DNA of 51,191 nt. Origin: Thiobacillus sp. (GTDB taxonomy: Bacteria; Pseudomonadota; Gammaproteobacteria; Burkholderiales; Thiobacillaceae). The translations under genes and the position numbers were made by a program. The notes below the pieces were generated by a model. It did not search any database. It was not told the origin of the DNA and worked only from the letters and a program-made list of their open reading frames with translations. Position 1 is the stretch's first letter. Each line of letters starts with the position of its first letter. Positions 22,157 through 32,508 of this stretch are shown here, one piece after another. Location of the stretch: positions 1-51,191 of the forward strand of contig DAHWJK010000038.1 in the NCBI GenBank assembly GCA_027344185.1. The letters run 5' to 3'.

Positions 22157-23131
22157 GTGGACTTGTCGAATCTGCTGATTCCGGCTGTGCTGTTCTTTGC
22201 CTTGGGCTTCGTCGCCCAGGTGGTCAGATCGGATCTCAAGTTTCCGCCTGAGCTTGCCAAGGCGCTGTCGATCTATCTTCTCGTCGGTATCGGCCTCAAG
22301 GGCGGCATCGAGTTGTCTCACGCCCACCTGGGCGATGCGCTCAATGCGGTGGCGGCGGCACTGGTGCTGGGCTTCGGCCTGCCGATCGCCGCCTACGCCA
22401 TCTTGCTCGCGGGGCGCCTCGACAAGCTCAACGCTTCCGCGATTGCCGCGCACTACGGCTCGGTGAGCGCCGGTACCTTTCTCACCGCGATTGCCTACCT
22501 GAATGCGCAGGAGATCGCGCACGAGTCCTACCCGGTCATCATGCTGGCGATCATGGAATCGCCGGCGATCATCGTCGGCCTGCTGCTGGCGCGCTTTTCG
22601 CGGGGTTCCGGTGCCGGCGAGGACGATGCGCGCGAGAACCACATGGGCGAGCTGTTGCGCGACGCCTTCACCAACGGCAGCGTCATGCTGCTTTTCGGCG
22701 CCATGGTCATCGGCCTGGTGGTGAAGCCCGACTCGCTGGCGACGATCACGCCGTTCTTCAGCACCCTGTTCATGGGCGTGCTCTCGCTGTTCCTGTTGGA
22801 AATGGGCATGGAAGCGGGCAAGCGCATTTCCGAATTCCGCCGTACCGGCCTGTTCCTGGTGTCGTTCGGAATGGTGATGCCGCTGATCGGCGCCGCCGCC
22901 GGCATCCTGGTCGGCCATTACTGGCTCGGCTTCAGCGAGGGGGGCGTGCTACTGGTGGCGGTACTGGGCGCATCGGCCTCCTACATCGCGGTGCCGCCAG
23001 CGATGCGGCTCGCCATCCCCGAGGCCAATCCGTCGTTTTATCTGACGTTGTCCCTGGGCGTGACCTTCCCTTTCAACGTGCTGGTCGGCATTCCGCTTTA
23101 CCATTACGTCATCACCCGACTCGCCGCCTGA
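22157..23131 (+). CDS. sbtA: Sodium-dependent bicarbonate transporter
   Basis: AAHYGSVSAGTF, MESPAI, SASYIAVP, LGVTFPFN. Confidence 0.92.
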   Translation: MDLSNLLIPAVLFFALGFVAQVVRSDLKFPPELAKALSIYLLVGIGLKGGIELSHAHLGDALNAVAAALVLGFGLPIAAYAILLAGRLDKLNASAIAAHYGSVSAGTFLTAIAYLNAQEIAHESYPVIMLAIMESPAIIVGLLLARFSRGSGAGEDDARENHMGELLRDAFTNGSVMLLFGAMVIGLVVKPDSLATITPFFSTLFMGVLSLFLLEMGMEAGKRISEFRRTGLFLVSFGMVMPLIGAAAGILVGHYWLGFSEGGVLLVAVLGASASYIAVPPAMRLAIPEANPSFYLTLSLGVTFPFNVLVGIPLYHYVITRLAA

Positions 23132-23136
23132 TTGCC

Positions 23137-23448
23137 ATGCCCCAGCGCTATCCCATGAAACTCATCAATATCGTGGCCAACGTTACCCTCGAGGACCGCC
23201 TCGTGGGCATCGCCGAGAAGCATGGAGCGTCAGGCTACACCGTGCTGGAAGCGCGCGGAGGGGGCAGCGCCGGACTGCAGACCGGCGTGCTTGAGGGCGG
23301 AAGCAACATCCTGTTCATGCTGGTGGTGCCGGAATCCAGGCTTGACGAGGTGCTGGCCGATATCGAACGCCTGATGAAGCGCGGCCACCATCTGGCTGCT
23401 TTCATCACGGATACCCAGGTGCTGCGGCCGGAGAAATTCAGCGCCTGA
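23137..23448 (+). CDS. sbtB: PII-like SbtB regulator
   Basis: GASGYTV..ARGGGS, VLRPEKF; follows sbtA. Confidence 0.85.
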   Translation: MPQRYPMKLINIVANVTLEDRLVGIAEKHGASGYTVLEARGGGSAGLQTGVLEGGSNILFMLVVPESRLDEVLADIERLMKRGHHLAAFITDTQVLRPEKFSA

Positions 23449-24355
23449 TCGCTTGCGGGGCGAACAGCTGTTCGGCCTCGTCCATCACGAAATTGAGGAA
23501 GGCCTGCGCCACCGTCGAGAAACGCTTGCCCTGGCGGTGCACCACGTACCAGTGACGCAGGATCGGGAATCCCTGGACGTCGAGGATCACCAGGCGCTCA
23601 AGCGCCAGCTCCATCTCGAGGGTGTGGACCGATACCACACCGAGCCCGAGGCCCGCCTGGACCGCCTGCTTGATGGCTTCGTTGCTGCTCATTTCCATCG
23701 CCGTGGTGAGGCGTGTGCCCGCTTCTTCGAAAAAGCGCTCGACGGCGATACGCGTACCCGAACCGATCTCGCGGCTGATGAAGGTTTCCTGATTTAGACG
23801 CGCCAGCGGAATATTGGACGCCTGCGCCAGCGGATGGCTGGGTGCGGCGATCACCACCAGCGGGTTCTCCATGAAAGGGTGGGCCACGAGATCCGAGGGT
23901 TCGGGCGGACGGCCCATGATGGCGAGGTCCTTGTCGGTCTCGTGGAGAAGTTCGAGGATGTGCTCGCGATTGCTGACGTCGAGGCTGACCTTGACCTCGG
24001 GGTGGCGCTGGCAGAATGCCGCCAGGAGACGTGGCGCGAAGTAGTTGGCGGTGCTGGCGATGGTGATGTTGAGCTGGCCGCGGCGCACCCCGCGCATTTC
24101 CTCGAGCTCCAGCTGCGCCTCCTGGACCTGGGCGAGAATGCTCTGGGCGTGGCTATAGAGTGTGCGGCCGGCGTCGGTGAGGTGGAGTTTTTTGCCAATC
24201 TGGTCAAACAGCGGCATCCCAGCCTGACCTTCGAGCTGACGGATCTGCATCGATACGGCTGGCTGCGAGAGATGAAGCGCTTCCGCGGCGCGGGTGTATC
24301 CTCCCAGCCTCGCCGCCGCCTCGAATACCTGCAATTGCCTCAGGGTGATGTGCAT
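23438..24355 (-). CDS. cbbR: LysR-family RuBisCO operon regulator
   Basis: TLRQLQVF, LSQPAVSMQIRQLE, REIGSGTR, SSNEAIKQAV; divergent from cbbL. Confidence 0.93.
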   Translation of the reverse strand: MHITLRQLQVFEAAARLGGYTRAAEALHLSQPAVSMQIRQLEGQAGMPLFDQIGKKLHLTDAGRTLYSHAQSILAQVQEAQLELEEMRGVRRGQLNITIASTANYFAPRLLAAFCQRHPEVKVSLDVSNREHILELLHETDKDLAIMGRPPEPSDLVAHPFMENPLVVIAAPSHPLAQASNIPLARLNQETFISREIGSGTRIAVERFFEEAGTRLTTAMEMSSNEAIKQAVQAGLGLGVVSVHTLEMELALERLVILDVQGFPILRHWYVVHRQGKRFSTVAQAFLNFVMDEAEQLFAPQAIRR

Positions 24356-24360
24356 TCAAT

Positions 24361-24400
24361 AATCATAACCTATGGTTATGGATTTCATCATCAATATGAA
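24361..24400. promoter_or_regulatory. CbbR operator
   Basis: CATAACC-TAT-GGTTATG contains TAA-N7-TTA (T-N11-A); second box TTCAT...ATGAA follows. Confidence 0.7.
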
Positions 24401-24607
24401 TTGTTAATTATGCAAATGCACAGATAAGGTTACGGTCGCGTCATGGCCATCGTGGGCCGTGGACAGAATAGACGGGAAGCTTTGAACAAGTCCCCTGATG
24501 CCGGGGGTTTTGTTCAGGGTTTCCTGAGGGCCTGGCAAGCGAAGCGCGGCAGCCAGGTATTAAGGGTTTGGAATTTTTGTCTGAATCAGCAAGCTAAGGA
24601 GCAAATA

Positions 24608-26029
24608 ATGGCAGTGAAGACCTATCAGGCCGGGGTAAAAGAATACCGGCAGACGTACTGGATGCCTGAATACACCCCGCTGGATACCGATATCCTGGCG
24701 TGTTTCAAGATCACCCCGCAGGCGGGCGTGGACCGCGAGGAAGCTGCTGCTGCTGTTGCTGCAGAGTCGTCGACCGGTACCTGGACCACCGTGTGGACCG
24801 ACCTGTTGACCGACATGGACTACTACAAGGGTCGCGCCTACCGCATCGAGGATGTGCCCGGCGACGATACCTGTTTCTATGCCTTCATCGCGTACCCGAT
24901 CGACCTGTTCGAAGAGGGTTCGGTGGTCAACGTGTTCACCTCGCTGGTCGGCAACGTGTTCGGGTTCAAGGCGGTGCGCGCCCTGCGTCTGGAAGACGTG
25001 CGCTTCCCGATTGCCTACGTCAAGACCTGCGGCGGCCCGCCCCTGGGCATCCAGGTCGAGCGCGACGTGATGAACAAGTACGGCCGTCCGCTGCTGGGCT
25101 GTACCATCAAGCCGAAGCTGGGTCTGTCCGCCAAGAACTATGGCCGCGCCGTGTACGAGTGTCTGCGCGGCGGCCTGGACTTCACCAAGGACGACGAGAA
25201 CATCAACAGCCAGCCCTTCATGCGCTGGCGTCAGCGTTTCGACTTCGTTCAGGAAGCGACCCTCAAGGCCGAGAAAGAGACCGGCGAGCGCAAGGGCCAC
25301 TATCTGAACGTCACCGCGCCGACCCCGGAAGAGATGTACAAGCGTGCCGAGTACGCAAAAGAAATCGGCGCGCCGATCATCATGCACGACTACATCACCG
25401 GCGGCTTCTGCGCCAACACGGGCCTGGCCAACTGGTGTCGCGACAACGGCATGCTGCTGCACATCCACCGCGCCATGCACGCCGTGGTCGACCGCAACCC
25501 GCACCACGGTATTCACTTCCGCGTGCTGACCAAGATTCTGCGTCTGTCCGGCGGCGACCACCTGCACACCGGTACCGTGGTGGGCAAGCTGGAAGGCGAT
25601 CGCGCATCGACCCTGGGCTGGATCGACCTGCTGCGCGAGTCCTTCATTCCGGAAGACCGTTCGCGCGGCATCTTCTTCGACCAGGATTGGGGTTCCATGC
25701 CCGGCGCGTTCGCTGTGGCGTCTGGCGGTATCCACGTCTGGCACATGCCTGCACTGGTCAACATCTTCGGTGACGACTCCGTACTGCAGTTTGGTGGCGG
25801 TACGCTCGGCCACCCCTGGGGCAACGCTGCCGGCGCGTGCGCCAACCGCGTGGCGCTCGAGGCGTGTGTGCAGGCGCGTAACGAAGGGCGTGACGTTGAA
25901 CGCGAAGGCAAGGAAATCCTTATTGCCGCTGCGGCCAACAGCCCCGAGCTCAAGATCGCCATGGAAACGTGGAAAGAGATCAAGTTCGAATTCGATACCG
26001 TCGACAAGCTGGACATCGCGAACAAGTAA
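24608..26029 (+). CDS. cbbL: RuBisCO form IA(c) large subunit
   Basis: [37 protein letters not shown]; AAGGAG RBS. Confidence 0.99.
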   Translation: MAVKTYQAGVKEYRQTYWMPEYTPLDTDILACFKITPQAGVDREEAAAAVAAESSTGTWTTVWTDLLTDMDYYKGRAYRIEDVPGDDTCFYAFIAYPIDLFEEGSVVNVFTSLVGNVFGFKAVRALRLEDVRFPIAYVKTCGGPPLGIQVERDVMNKYGRPLLGCTIKPKLGLSAKNYGRAVYECLRGGLDFTKDDENINSQPFMRWRQRFDFVQEATLKAEKETGERKGHYLNVTAPTPEEMYKRAEYAKEIGAPIIMHDYITGGFCANTGLANWCRDNGMLLHIHRAMHAVVDRNPHHGIHFRVLTKILRLSGGDHLHTGTVVGKLEGDRASTLGWIDLLRESFIPEDRSRGIFFDQDWGSMPGAFAVASGGIHVWHMPALVNIFGDDSVLQFGGGTLGHPWGNAAGACANRVALEACVQARNEGRDVEREGKEILIAAAANSPELKIAMETWKEIKFEFDTVDKLDIANK

Positions 26030-26030
26030 G

Positions 26031-26125
26031 CAGGATTCAGGGATCAGGATTCAGGATCCAGGGAAAAATGGCGCGGCCTAGCCGCACGTTCCCTGGCCCC
26101 TGATCCCCGACCCCTAACCCCTAAC
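26031..26125. repeat. Inverted arrays of degenerate 7-bp repeats (CAGGATT-like / CCCTGAY-like)
   Basis: caggatt cagggat caggatt caggatc caggg ... ccctggc ccctgat ccccgac ccctaac ccctaac. Confidence 0.75.
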
Positions 26126-26143
26126 ATTGAAAGGAAATAAATC

Positions 26144-26470
26144 ATGGCTGTTCAAGTTTACAAAGCCGCGACCAAATACGAGACCTTCTCCTATCTGCCG
26201 GTGATGACGGCTGATCAGGTCCGTCGCCAGATCGCTTACTGCATCAGCCAGGGTTGGAACCCGTCGGTTGAGCACACCGAAAAAGGCACCGCTGCCACCA
26301 GCAACTACTGGTACATGTGGAAGCTGCCCTTCTTTGGCGAGCAGTCGGTCGACGTCGTGCTGGCCGAGCTGGATGCCTGCCATCGCGAGTTCCCTGACCA
26401 TCTGGTGCGTTTTGTCGCGTATGACAACTACGCGCAGAGCCAGGGCATGGCCTTCGTTGTATATCGCTAA
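26144..26470 (+). CDS. cbbS: RuBisCO small subunit
   Basis: [27 protein letters not shown]. Confidence 0.98.
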   Translation: MAVQVYKAATKYETFSYLPVMTADQVRRQIAYCISQGWNPSVEHTEKGTAATSNYWYMWKLPFFGEQSVDVVLAELDACHREFPDHLVRFVAYDNYAQSQGMAFVVYR

Positions 26471-26531
26471 TAAGCAGGTCGGCGGCGGTATTTCGATACC
26501 GTCGCCCCTAGGCAACAGCATCTCAAGATTC

Positions 26532-26588
26532 GTTTGTTGAGGTCGCGGCTGCGACTCCGATGATCACGGAGCCGCGACCTCAACAAAC
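26532..26588. repeat. 19-bp perfect inverted repeat between cbbS and csoS2
   Basis: GTTTGTTGAGGTCGCGGCT / AGCCGCGACCTCAACAAAC. Confidence 0.8.
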
Positions 26589-26609
26589 CCGTTAGATTCG
26601 AGGTAAGTG

Positions 26610-29309
26610 ATGACACTAACCACCGACAGCACCGCCACAGCGAACCTCTCCGGCCGCGAATTGGCATTGAAGCGTCGCAAAGCCATGGCCTTGCATGGCA
26701 AAGCCGGCGTGACCAAGACTGCGTCTGTGATGTCCAGTCGTCCCGCTGCGTCGCGCTCTGCGCCGCAGGCGGCAAGCGTCCAGGCCGAAAGCCGAGCGAG
26801 TTCAGCGTCCGAGACCGCCATCATGGCCCAGGCTCGTGCCGCCGCTGCCAACAGCGGTCGCAGCGCCAGCCGTGCGCGGCGTGAAGCATTGAGCACGGCG
26901 GGTAAGGCTGCGCTCAAGCCGACGGCATCTCGGCCCAGCGGCCGTGTGCGTCCCAAGGCGCACGTCGAGTCCGGCGCGTCTCATGCTGCGAGCGCGGCAG
27001 TCGAGTCGGTGGCCAAGGGCTGCGGCTGTGGCGATACCCGGCAGACTGCCGCATCGGTGATGCCGGCAGCGGCCGTGTCGTCCGCCTCGGACGTGCCGAA
27101 AAAATCGAGCATGCCGACGGGCCGCGCCTTGGCACGTGCACGTCGCGCGGCCTTGTCCCAGGACGGTAAAGCCGGCCTGAAGCGCGTGGCTCAAGCCACC
27201 AAGATTGCGTCCACGATGCCCGGCCAGGATTGGCAGGCAGCCATCACCAAGGGCGCGACCGGCCGCCAGAAGGCCATGCAGCGTCGCCTGGTGCAGTCGC
27301 TTGCGGGCAACACCAAGCCTGCCAAGGAAAGCCGTCCGGCGGGTCGGATGCGCGCCTTCCTGGCGACGCCGGCGGGAGCCGTTCCGCCCAAGGTCGAGGA
27401 AGGCCATACACTGGCCGGCCACGAGGTGACGGGTACCATGGTCGAGCGCAGCAAAAAGGTGACGGGCAATGAGCCGGGCTCGTGCCGCCCCATTACTGGG
27501 ACCGAATACGTCGGCAAGGAGCAGTACGATCTTCTGTGCAATACCCGCCCCGCGCCGGCGCCGACCAAGGTCGGCGTCAGCCATACGCTGGGCGAGCGCA
27601 AGGTGACCGGCACCGAAGTCGGCCGTGCCACCAATATGACCGGAAATGAGCCTGGCAATTGCCGCGGGATCACCGGTACGGAATATCTGGCCGCCGAGCG
27701 TTACGACGAAATGTGTCCCACCCGCCCCGCGCCGGCGCCCGCGAAAATCGGCTTTGCCGAGACGCCCAAGGGCAAGGTGGTGACGGGTACCTCGGTGCTG
27801 CGTGCCGAGCGTGTCACGGGCAACGAGCCGGGTTCGGACCGCGCCATCACGGGTACCGATTACGCCGCCTCGCGCCTGCGCGATACGGCGCCCGAAAAAG
27901 TCGTGGTCAGCCATACCGCCTCGGGCAAGCCGGTCACCGGCACTGCGCTTGGGCACACCGACAAGCTCACGGGCGACGAGAGCGGCAGCTGCCGCGCAGT
28001 CACCGGTACCGAATATCTCGCCCAGGAACAGTTCTCTGCAGTCTGCAACACGACTGCACCGGAATCGCCCCGCAAGGTCAGCGTGATGTCGTCGCGCGGC
28101 AACCAGCCGGTGTCCGGCACCGAGATCGGCCGCTCGAACAAGGTAACTGGCGACGAGCCGGGTTCCTGTCTAAGCATTACGGGCTCGCAGTACTACACGT
28201 CGGAAAGTTTCGGCGCGCTGTGCGATACCGCCTCGCCGCAAAAGGTTGCAACCATGCGTACGCTGTCGGGCCGGTCCTTGACCGGCACGGAGGTCGGCCG
28301 CAGCCCAAAAGTGTCCGGTGATGAGATGGGGGGGTGCAAGCCCGTCACCGGAACGGAATATATCGGAGCAGACCAGCAACAAGCGGTCTGCGCCGTGAGC
28401 ACCCCCGTTGCGCCCGTGGCCAAGGTTGCGGTTGACCAGACCTGGCGCGGCCAGTCCGTGACCGGCTCCTACGTCGGTCGCTCGGGCCGTGTCACCGGCG
28501 ACGAGTCGGGCGGCTGTTCGCCGATCAGCGGCACGCCGTATATCGGACGGGGCCAGTTCAACGGCTTTTGCGAGGCGCCCGCGGTGCAAGCGCAGGAAGC
28601 GCGCATCCGGACCAGCGCACTGATCCCGGCAACCGCCGTGACCGGCGACCGCCCAGGTTCGGGCGGCTCGGTGATGACCGGCGACGCGCGCGGTGCCTGT
28701 GAAGTCATCAGCGGCACGCCTTACATCGGCGTCGACAACGCAACGTCGCAGTGCGCGACCAGCGGGCGCTTTGTTGCGCGGGGTCGCACGCAGATCGAAA
28801 TGTCGCGTCCGCCTGCGCCGCAGGATTTCAGCATCAGCACGCCGGCGCGCGCCGCGCAGCAGCGGCAGTTCAACGACGTCACCGGTTCGGCTTACAGCAG
28901 CGAGCGGATCACCGGCCCCGTCAACAAGGCCGACGGGCTGATCACCGGCACGCCGGAATTCCGTCATCGCGATGCCACGGCCTCGCAGGCTGCGATCGCC
29001 ATGCAGCAGGCGGCGACCGAAACCGCTTTGTCGGCGGCGCAGCGTCTCACCGGCGAAGGCAGTCAGGCCGGTCGCTCGGTGACGGGCGACGCTTGGAATG
29101 CGATGAGCAAGGTGACCGGCACCGAAGGCCCCTCGAGCCTGTCGCGCAATCTTTCTGAACGCGGCGAGCCGCGCGGCATGGGCATGAACGCGATGCGCTT
29201 CCGCGAGGTGGTTGAGCACCCGCCCGTGCCGGACAGCCGCATTACCGGTTCGTCGGGCAACACCGGCAAGGGTTCGCTGGTGACCCTGTCGGGCGGCGCG
29301 CGCGGCTAA
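26610..29309 (+). CDS. csoS2: Carboxysome scaffold CsoS2 (long form)
   Basis: N-terminal R..A..RR...GK RuBisCO-binding repeats, (V/I)TG middle repeats, C-terminal VTLSGGARG. Confidence 0.97.
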   Translation: MTLTTDSTATANLSGRELALKRRKAMALHGKAGVTKTASVMSSRPAASRSAPQAASVQAESRASSASETAIMAQARAAAANSGRSASRARREALSTAGKAALKPTASRPSGRVRPKAHVESGASHAASAAVESVAKGCGCGDTRQTAASVMPAAAVSSASDVPKKSSMPTGRALARARRAALSQDGKAGLKRVAQATKIASTMPGQDWQAAITKGATGRQKAMQRRLVQSLAGNTKPAKESRPAGRMRAFLATPAGAVPPKVEEGHTLAGHEVTGTMVERSKKVTGNEPGSCRPITGTEYVGKEQYDLLCNTRPAPAPTKVGVSHTLGERKVTGTEVGRATNMTGNEPGNCRGITGTEYLAAERYDEMCPTRPAPAPAKIGFAETPKGKVVTGTSVLRAERVTGNEPGSDRAITGTDYAASRLRDTAPEKVVVSHTASGKPVTGTALGHTDKLTGDESGSCRAVTGTEYLAQEQFSAVCNTTAPESPRKVSVMSSRGNQPVSGTEIGRSNKVTGDEPGSCLSITGSQYYTSESFGALCDTASPQKVATMRTLSGRSLTGTEVGRSPKVSGDEMGGCKPVTGTEYIGADQQQAVCAVSTPVAPVAKVAVDQTWRGQSVTGSYVGRSGRVTGDESGGCSPISGTPYIGRGQFNGFCEAPAVQAQEARIRTSALIPATAVTGDRPGSGGSVMTGDARGACEVISGTPYIGVDNATSQCATSGRFVARGRTQIEMSRPPAPQDFSISTPARAAQQRQFNDVTGSAYSSERITGPVNKADGLITGTPEFRHRDATASQAAIAMQQAATETALSAAQRLTGEGSQAGRSVTGDAWNAMSKVTGTEGPSSLSRNLSERGEPRGMGMNAMRFREVVEHPPVPDSRITGSSGNTGKGSLVTLSGGARG

Positions 29310-29319
29310 GGATTGAACG

Positions 29320-30810
29320 GTGAATACGCGTAAACGACTTGCTGCGATGCACTCTGCCGGATACCTCCGGCAGAGTGCGGAGACGTCCGCGAATCAGGCA
29401 TGCGTCATCGCATCGGGGCAGCGCTGTGAGCATGCGCTTGTCGATCCGGAACTGAATCGCCGTCTGTATACGTATGAAAAGCAGGTGCGTGGGCGCTTTG
29501 CGCCTATCGTCGATACGCTCAAGGCGCTGTCGGCCTTCCAGCACGAAATGGATTTCGTGTCGCGGGCTCAGCGCGTGGCGCAAGACAAACTCGGTTACGG
29601 GCTGCCCCAGGAACTGCTGGAGAACGCCTGGGTGAATGGACTCGATCTGCGGGCTCTGCATTCCTACTGCATTTTCCGCAGTTTCAAAGAGTGCATCGAT
29701 ATGGCCGAATCCGATCAGCAGCCGTGGCGTGAGCGGATGCTGATCGACGCCGAATTCATCCGTTCGTGCGGCTATCACACGATTGATGTCAGCCCCTGCG
29801 CCGACGGCCGCTTGCAGGGTCTGCTGCCCTTTGTGTTCCGCATGGCGCCAAACGATGCGGTGTATGTCAAGGCGTATGCCGGCGCGCTGTTTGATGTCGA
29901 GGGCGATGTGGCCGACTGGACCCATCGTGAGCTGGAACGCCTTGCCGGATTCATGCCGGGTGGCGAATCCGGCAATTACCTGAAGATCGCGGTGTATCAC
30001 TACAGCACGTCCAATCCCAGCCAGCAGGGCTGTGCAGCGCACGGTAGCAATGATGCGCTTGCCACGCAGGAAGCTGCCGATCGTCTCGCCGAGCTGCGCG
30101 CGGCCATTGAGAATACCTACGGTCACGGTGCGGCGCCGGACACGCTGCTGATCGGCATGGACACCGATACCGATGCGATCCGTGTGCACCTGCCCGACAG
30201 CGAGAGCGGCAATTGTCCGATGCGCTTTGTCGAGAGCGCGCCGCTCTTTCGCGACACGCTGGGGATGGACGCGCAAAGTGCGCGCAATGCCATCGAAGCG
30301 GCGGTTGTGCGTGCCGAGAACAGCTGCGGGCTGCAGCCAGGTATGCGTAAGCTGATCGTGCGACTGCTGGAATCCAATCTGTCGCAGATCGAGTATGTGA
30401 TCCACCATCACGAAGGGCGCTATTCGGTCATCGGTCATGACGAGGCATTCATCTGCGCCGGCGAAGCCACGAATTATGTGCAGCTGCGCAACAAGTATTA
30501 CTACGCCCATCTCGATACGGTCGAGGAAGGTGCGCCCGACATGGACGTCGGCATCAAGATTTTTAGCGGACTGAATGTCCGTCGTGGCCTGGCAGTACCG
30601 GTGCTGGTGCATTTCCACTATTCGTCGCGCGTGCCGGGCTCTCGTGAACGTACGGTGTCACGGTGCCGGCGCGTCAAGGCCGCAATCCAGGGACGCTACC
30701 GGCATCTCCATGAACAAGGTTTGCTGTATTGCCAGATGGCAGTGAGCGACCGCCAGGGAAGCGAACGCTGCACGTTTATCGAAGACCTTGCCGGACAAGC
30801 GGCTCACTAG
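29320..30810 (+). CDS. csoS3: Carboxysomal carbonic anhydrase CsoSCA
   Basis: PCADGR, YHYS, GCAAHGS zinc/catalytic residues; AHLDTVEEGA. Confidence 0.95.
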   Translation: MNTRKRLAAMHSAGYLRQSAETSANQACVIASGQRCEHALVDPELNRRLYTYEKQVRGRFAPIVDTLKALSAFQHEMDFVSRAQRVAQDKLGYGLPQELLENAWVNGLDLRALHSYCIFRSFKECIDMAESDQQPWRERMLIDAEFIRSCGYHTIDVSPCADGRLQGLLPFVFRMAPNDAVYVKAYAGALFDVEGDVADWTHRELERLAGFMPGGESGNYLKIAVYHYSTSNPSQQGCAAHGSNDALATQEAADRLAELRAAIENTYGHGAAPDTLLIGMDTDTDAIRVHLPDSESGNCPMRFVESAPLFRDTLGMDAQSARNAIEAAVVRAENSCGLQPGMRKLIVRLLESNLSQIEYVIHHHEGRYSVIGHDEAFICAGEATNYVQLRNKYYYAHLDTVEEGAPDMDVGIKIFSGLNVRRGLAVPVLVHFHYSSRVPGSRERTVSRCRRVKAAIQGRYRHLHEQGLLYCQMAVSDRQGSERCTFIEDLAGQAAH

Positions 30811-30849
30811 GATGTTGAGTCATCTAAGCGGGATTATGAAGGTGGTCAC

Positions 30850-31107
30850 ATGAGGATCATGAAAGTCGAAAAAACGCTGGTATCGACGAACCGGATCAAT
30901 GGATTCGGTCACCGTCCGCTGCTGGTGGTGCAGGAAAGAGAAGGCGGCACGCGGAGTGTCGCGGTGGACGCCGTGGGCTGCATTCCCGGCGACTGGGTGA
31001 TCTGTGTGGGTTCATCGGCAGCGCGCGAAGCCGCGGGCAGCAAGGAGTTCCCGTCCGATTTGACGATCGTCGGCATCATCGATCACTGGACCGCGGACAA
31101 CGTCTGA
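30850..31107 (+). CDS. csoS4A: Carboxysome vertex pentamer
   Basis: LVSTNR, VAVDAVG, GSSAAR, DLTIVGIID. Confidence 0.95.
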   Translation: MRIMKVEKTLVSTNRINGFGHRPLLVVQEREGGTRSVAVDAVGCIPGDWVICVGSSAAREAAGSKEFPSDLTIVGIIDHWTADNV

Positions 31108-31119
31108 CGGAGCGGATGA

Positions 31120-31365
31120 ATGGAAATCATGCGCGTCAAGGATGAGCTGGTATGTACTCGCCGGGTGCCGGGTCTGAAGACCGCTTCGCTGCGCGTGCTC
31201 GAAAGCCAGTCCGGCGGTTTGATGGTGGCGTCCGACCCGGTCGGTGTGCCCATCGGCAAATGGGTGTTCACTTCAAGTGGCAGCGCCGCGCGCTGGGCAA
31301 TGCCCGACCCGGACGTCACCACGGATCTGACGATCTGCGGAATCATCGACAACTGGGACGCTTAA
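31120..31365 (+). CDS. csoS4B: Carboxysome vertex pentamer
   Basis: LVCTRR, VASDPVG, SGSAAR, TDLTICGIID. Confidence 0.95.
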   Translation: MEIMRVKDELVCTRRVPGLKTASLRVLESQSGGLMVASDPVGVPIGKWVFTSSGSAARWAMPDPDVTTDLTICGIIDNWDA

Positions 31366-31467
31366 GGTTTTGGTGTAGGGGCAAGGGAAGACGCGATGAC
31401 GCGATTGCCCTTGGAATTTAGGAAGTAAGGATTTCATTTTTTAACTTTGTGATAAAGGAGCAACAAA

Positions 31468-31764
31468 ATGGCTGAACGTATGGGTATTGCACTGGGCATG
31501 ATTGAGACCCGCGGTCTGGTTCCCGCAATCGAAGCGGCCGACGCCATGACCAAGGCCGCAGAAGTGCGCCTGATCGGTCGTCAGTTCGTGGGCGGCGGTT
31601 ACGTGACCGTGCTGGTGCGCGGCGAGACCGGCGCGGTGAACGCTGCCGTTCGCGCAGGTGCCGATGCATGCGAACGCGTGGGCGATGGCCTGGTGGCTGC
31701 CCACATCATCGCGCGCGTTCACAGCGAAGTGGAAGGTATTCTGCCGACCGCGCCGGGCAACTGA
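31468..31764 (+). CDS. csoS1: Carboxysome shell hexamer, copy 1
   Basis: [27 protein letters not shown] signature. Confidence 0.97.
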   Translation: MAERMGIALGMIETRGLVPAIEAADAMTKAAEVRLIGRQFVGGGYVTVLVRGETGAVNAAVRAGADACERVGDGLVAAHIIARVHSEVEGILPTAPGN

Positions 31765-31807
31765 TCGTAGTTAATTCGTAGCAAGCGTTAAATTTAGGAG
31801 ATATGGA

Positions 31808-32104
31808 ATGGCTAGCGTGACTGGTATTGCTCTTGGCATGATTGAAACCCGTGGTCTGGTTCCCGCGATTGAAGCGGCTGACGCCATGACCAAGGCCGCA
31901 GAAGTGCGCCTGATCGGTCGTCAGTTCGTGGGTGGTGGTTATGTGACCGTGCTGGTGCGCGGCGAGACCGGTGCGGTAAACGCGGCCGTTCGCGCAGGTG
32001 CCGATGCATGCGAGCGCGTGGGTGATGGCCTGGTGGCTGCCCACATCATCGCCCGCGTTCACAGCGAAGTGGAAGGCATTCTGCCGACCGCGCCCGACGC
32101 CTGA
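31808..32104 (+). CDS. csoS1: Carboxysome shell hexamer, copy 2
   Basis: Same BMC signature. Confidence 0.97.
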   Translation: MASVTGIALGMIETRGLVPAIEAADAMTKAAEVRLIGRQFVGGGYVTVLVRGETGAVNAAVRAGADACERVGDGLVAAHIIARVHSEVEGILPTAPDA

Positions 32105-32157
32105 GTTTTTGGCAGGCCGGGCGTCTTGTTCAGCAATAAAAGTATTGGAGAATTCTC

Positions 32158-32496
32158 ATGGCTAACGTGAGCGGTGTTGCCCTTGGCATGATTGAAACCC
32201 GCGGTCTGGTCCCCGCGATTGAGGCGGCGGATGCAATGACCAAGGCGGCGGAAGTCCGTCTGGTGGGTCGTCAGTTTGTGGGTGGGGGTTATGTGACCGT
32301 GCTGGTGCGCGGCGAGACCGGTGCGGTAAACGCTGCCGTTCGCGCTGGGGCCGATGCCTGCGAGCGCGTGGGCGATGGCCTGGTGGCCGCCCACATCATT
32401 GCTCGCGTGCACAGCGAAGTCGAAGGCATCCTGCCGACCGCGCCTGACGCAGCCGGTGGCGGTCGCGACGGTGAAATCACCTCGACCCGCAGCTGA
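32158..32496 (+). CDS. csoS1B: Carboxysome shell hexamer with C-terminal extension (CsoS1B-like)
   Basis: BMC signature plus 14-aa tail. Confidence 0.93.
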   Translation: MANVSGVALGMIETRGLVPAIEAADAMTKAAEVRLVGRQFVGGGYVTVLVRGETGAVNAAVRAGADACERVGDGLVAAHIIARVHSEVEGILPTAPDAAGGGRDGEITSTRS

Positions 32497-32508
32497 TCGC
32501 TTCGACGG

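Noticed and set aside
28238-28244. Alternative slippery site near CAA AAG in csoS2
   Set aside because: Does not fit in-frame X XXY YYZ; the 28304 site does
27400-29300. Periodic GTGACCGG-like repeats as a CRISPR array
   Set aside because: They encode CsoS2 (V/I)TG repeats; degenerate, and no cas genes are present
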